Below are positions 33,868 through 33,983 of a stretch of 33,983 bases of DNA, piece by piece. Source of the stretch: Tubiluchus corallicola (lineage: Eukaryota; Animalia; Priapulida); the NCBI GenBank assembly GCA_030141605.1, contig JAQGDQ010001577.1:1-33983 (forward strand), in the 5' to 3' direction. The position numbers and the translations under genes are program-made. Every line of letters starts with the position of its first letter. Position 1 is the first letter of the stretch. Below the pieces are notes generated by a model. That model made no database searches. It saw only the letters and a list, made by a program, of their open reading frames with translations, and was not told the origin of the DNA.

Positions 33868-33983
33868 TGAATGATTGCAGCTTCCCAGAGGAGCTGTGAA
33901 AGCAAATATTTAGTATCATTACTGATAGCAAACCTGTAACTTCCTACTTTTACTCACATTAACTACTAAAATAAATAAATAAA
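33868..33983 (-). repeat. Right arm of the perfect inverted repeat, truncated by the window end
   Basis: Reverse complement of 31700-31815. Confidence 0.95.

Overview
AT-rich, intron-rich animal genomic DNA, probably invertebrate (inferred). The only supportable host gene is on the minus strand: eight GT-AG exons from 9127 down to 2762 (about 1057 nt, about 352 aa). They splice in consistent phase and encode the end of a C2 domain, a Pro/Ser-rich linker and WW1-WW4 of a NEDD4-family HECT E3 ligase of the Su(dx)/WWP1/ITCH type. The HECT exons lie left of position 1. I found no further C2 exon between 9128 and 33983, so that stretch is probably a single intron of more than 24 kb. About 40% of the window is unrelated tandem arrays (units 2-152 bp), several with dimeric higher-order structure, and these explain nearly all long ORFs in the track. 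Mobile DNA comprises a 310-bp hAT MITE with a perfect 8-bp TSD, two Kolobok-like TTAA elements, three copies of a MITE carrying DR1 motifs, and a 3' RTE-LINE fragment. A perfect inverted repeat of at least 116 bp runs off the right end. I see no convincing novel coding system; the unusual signals are structural.
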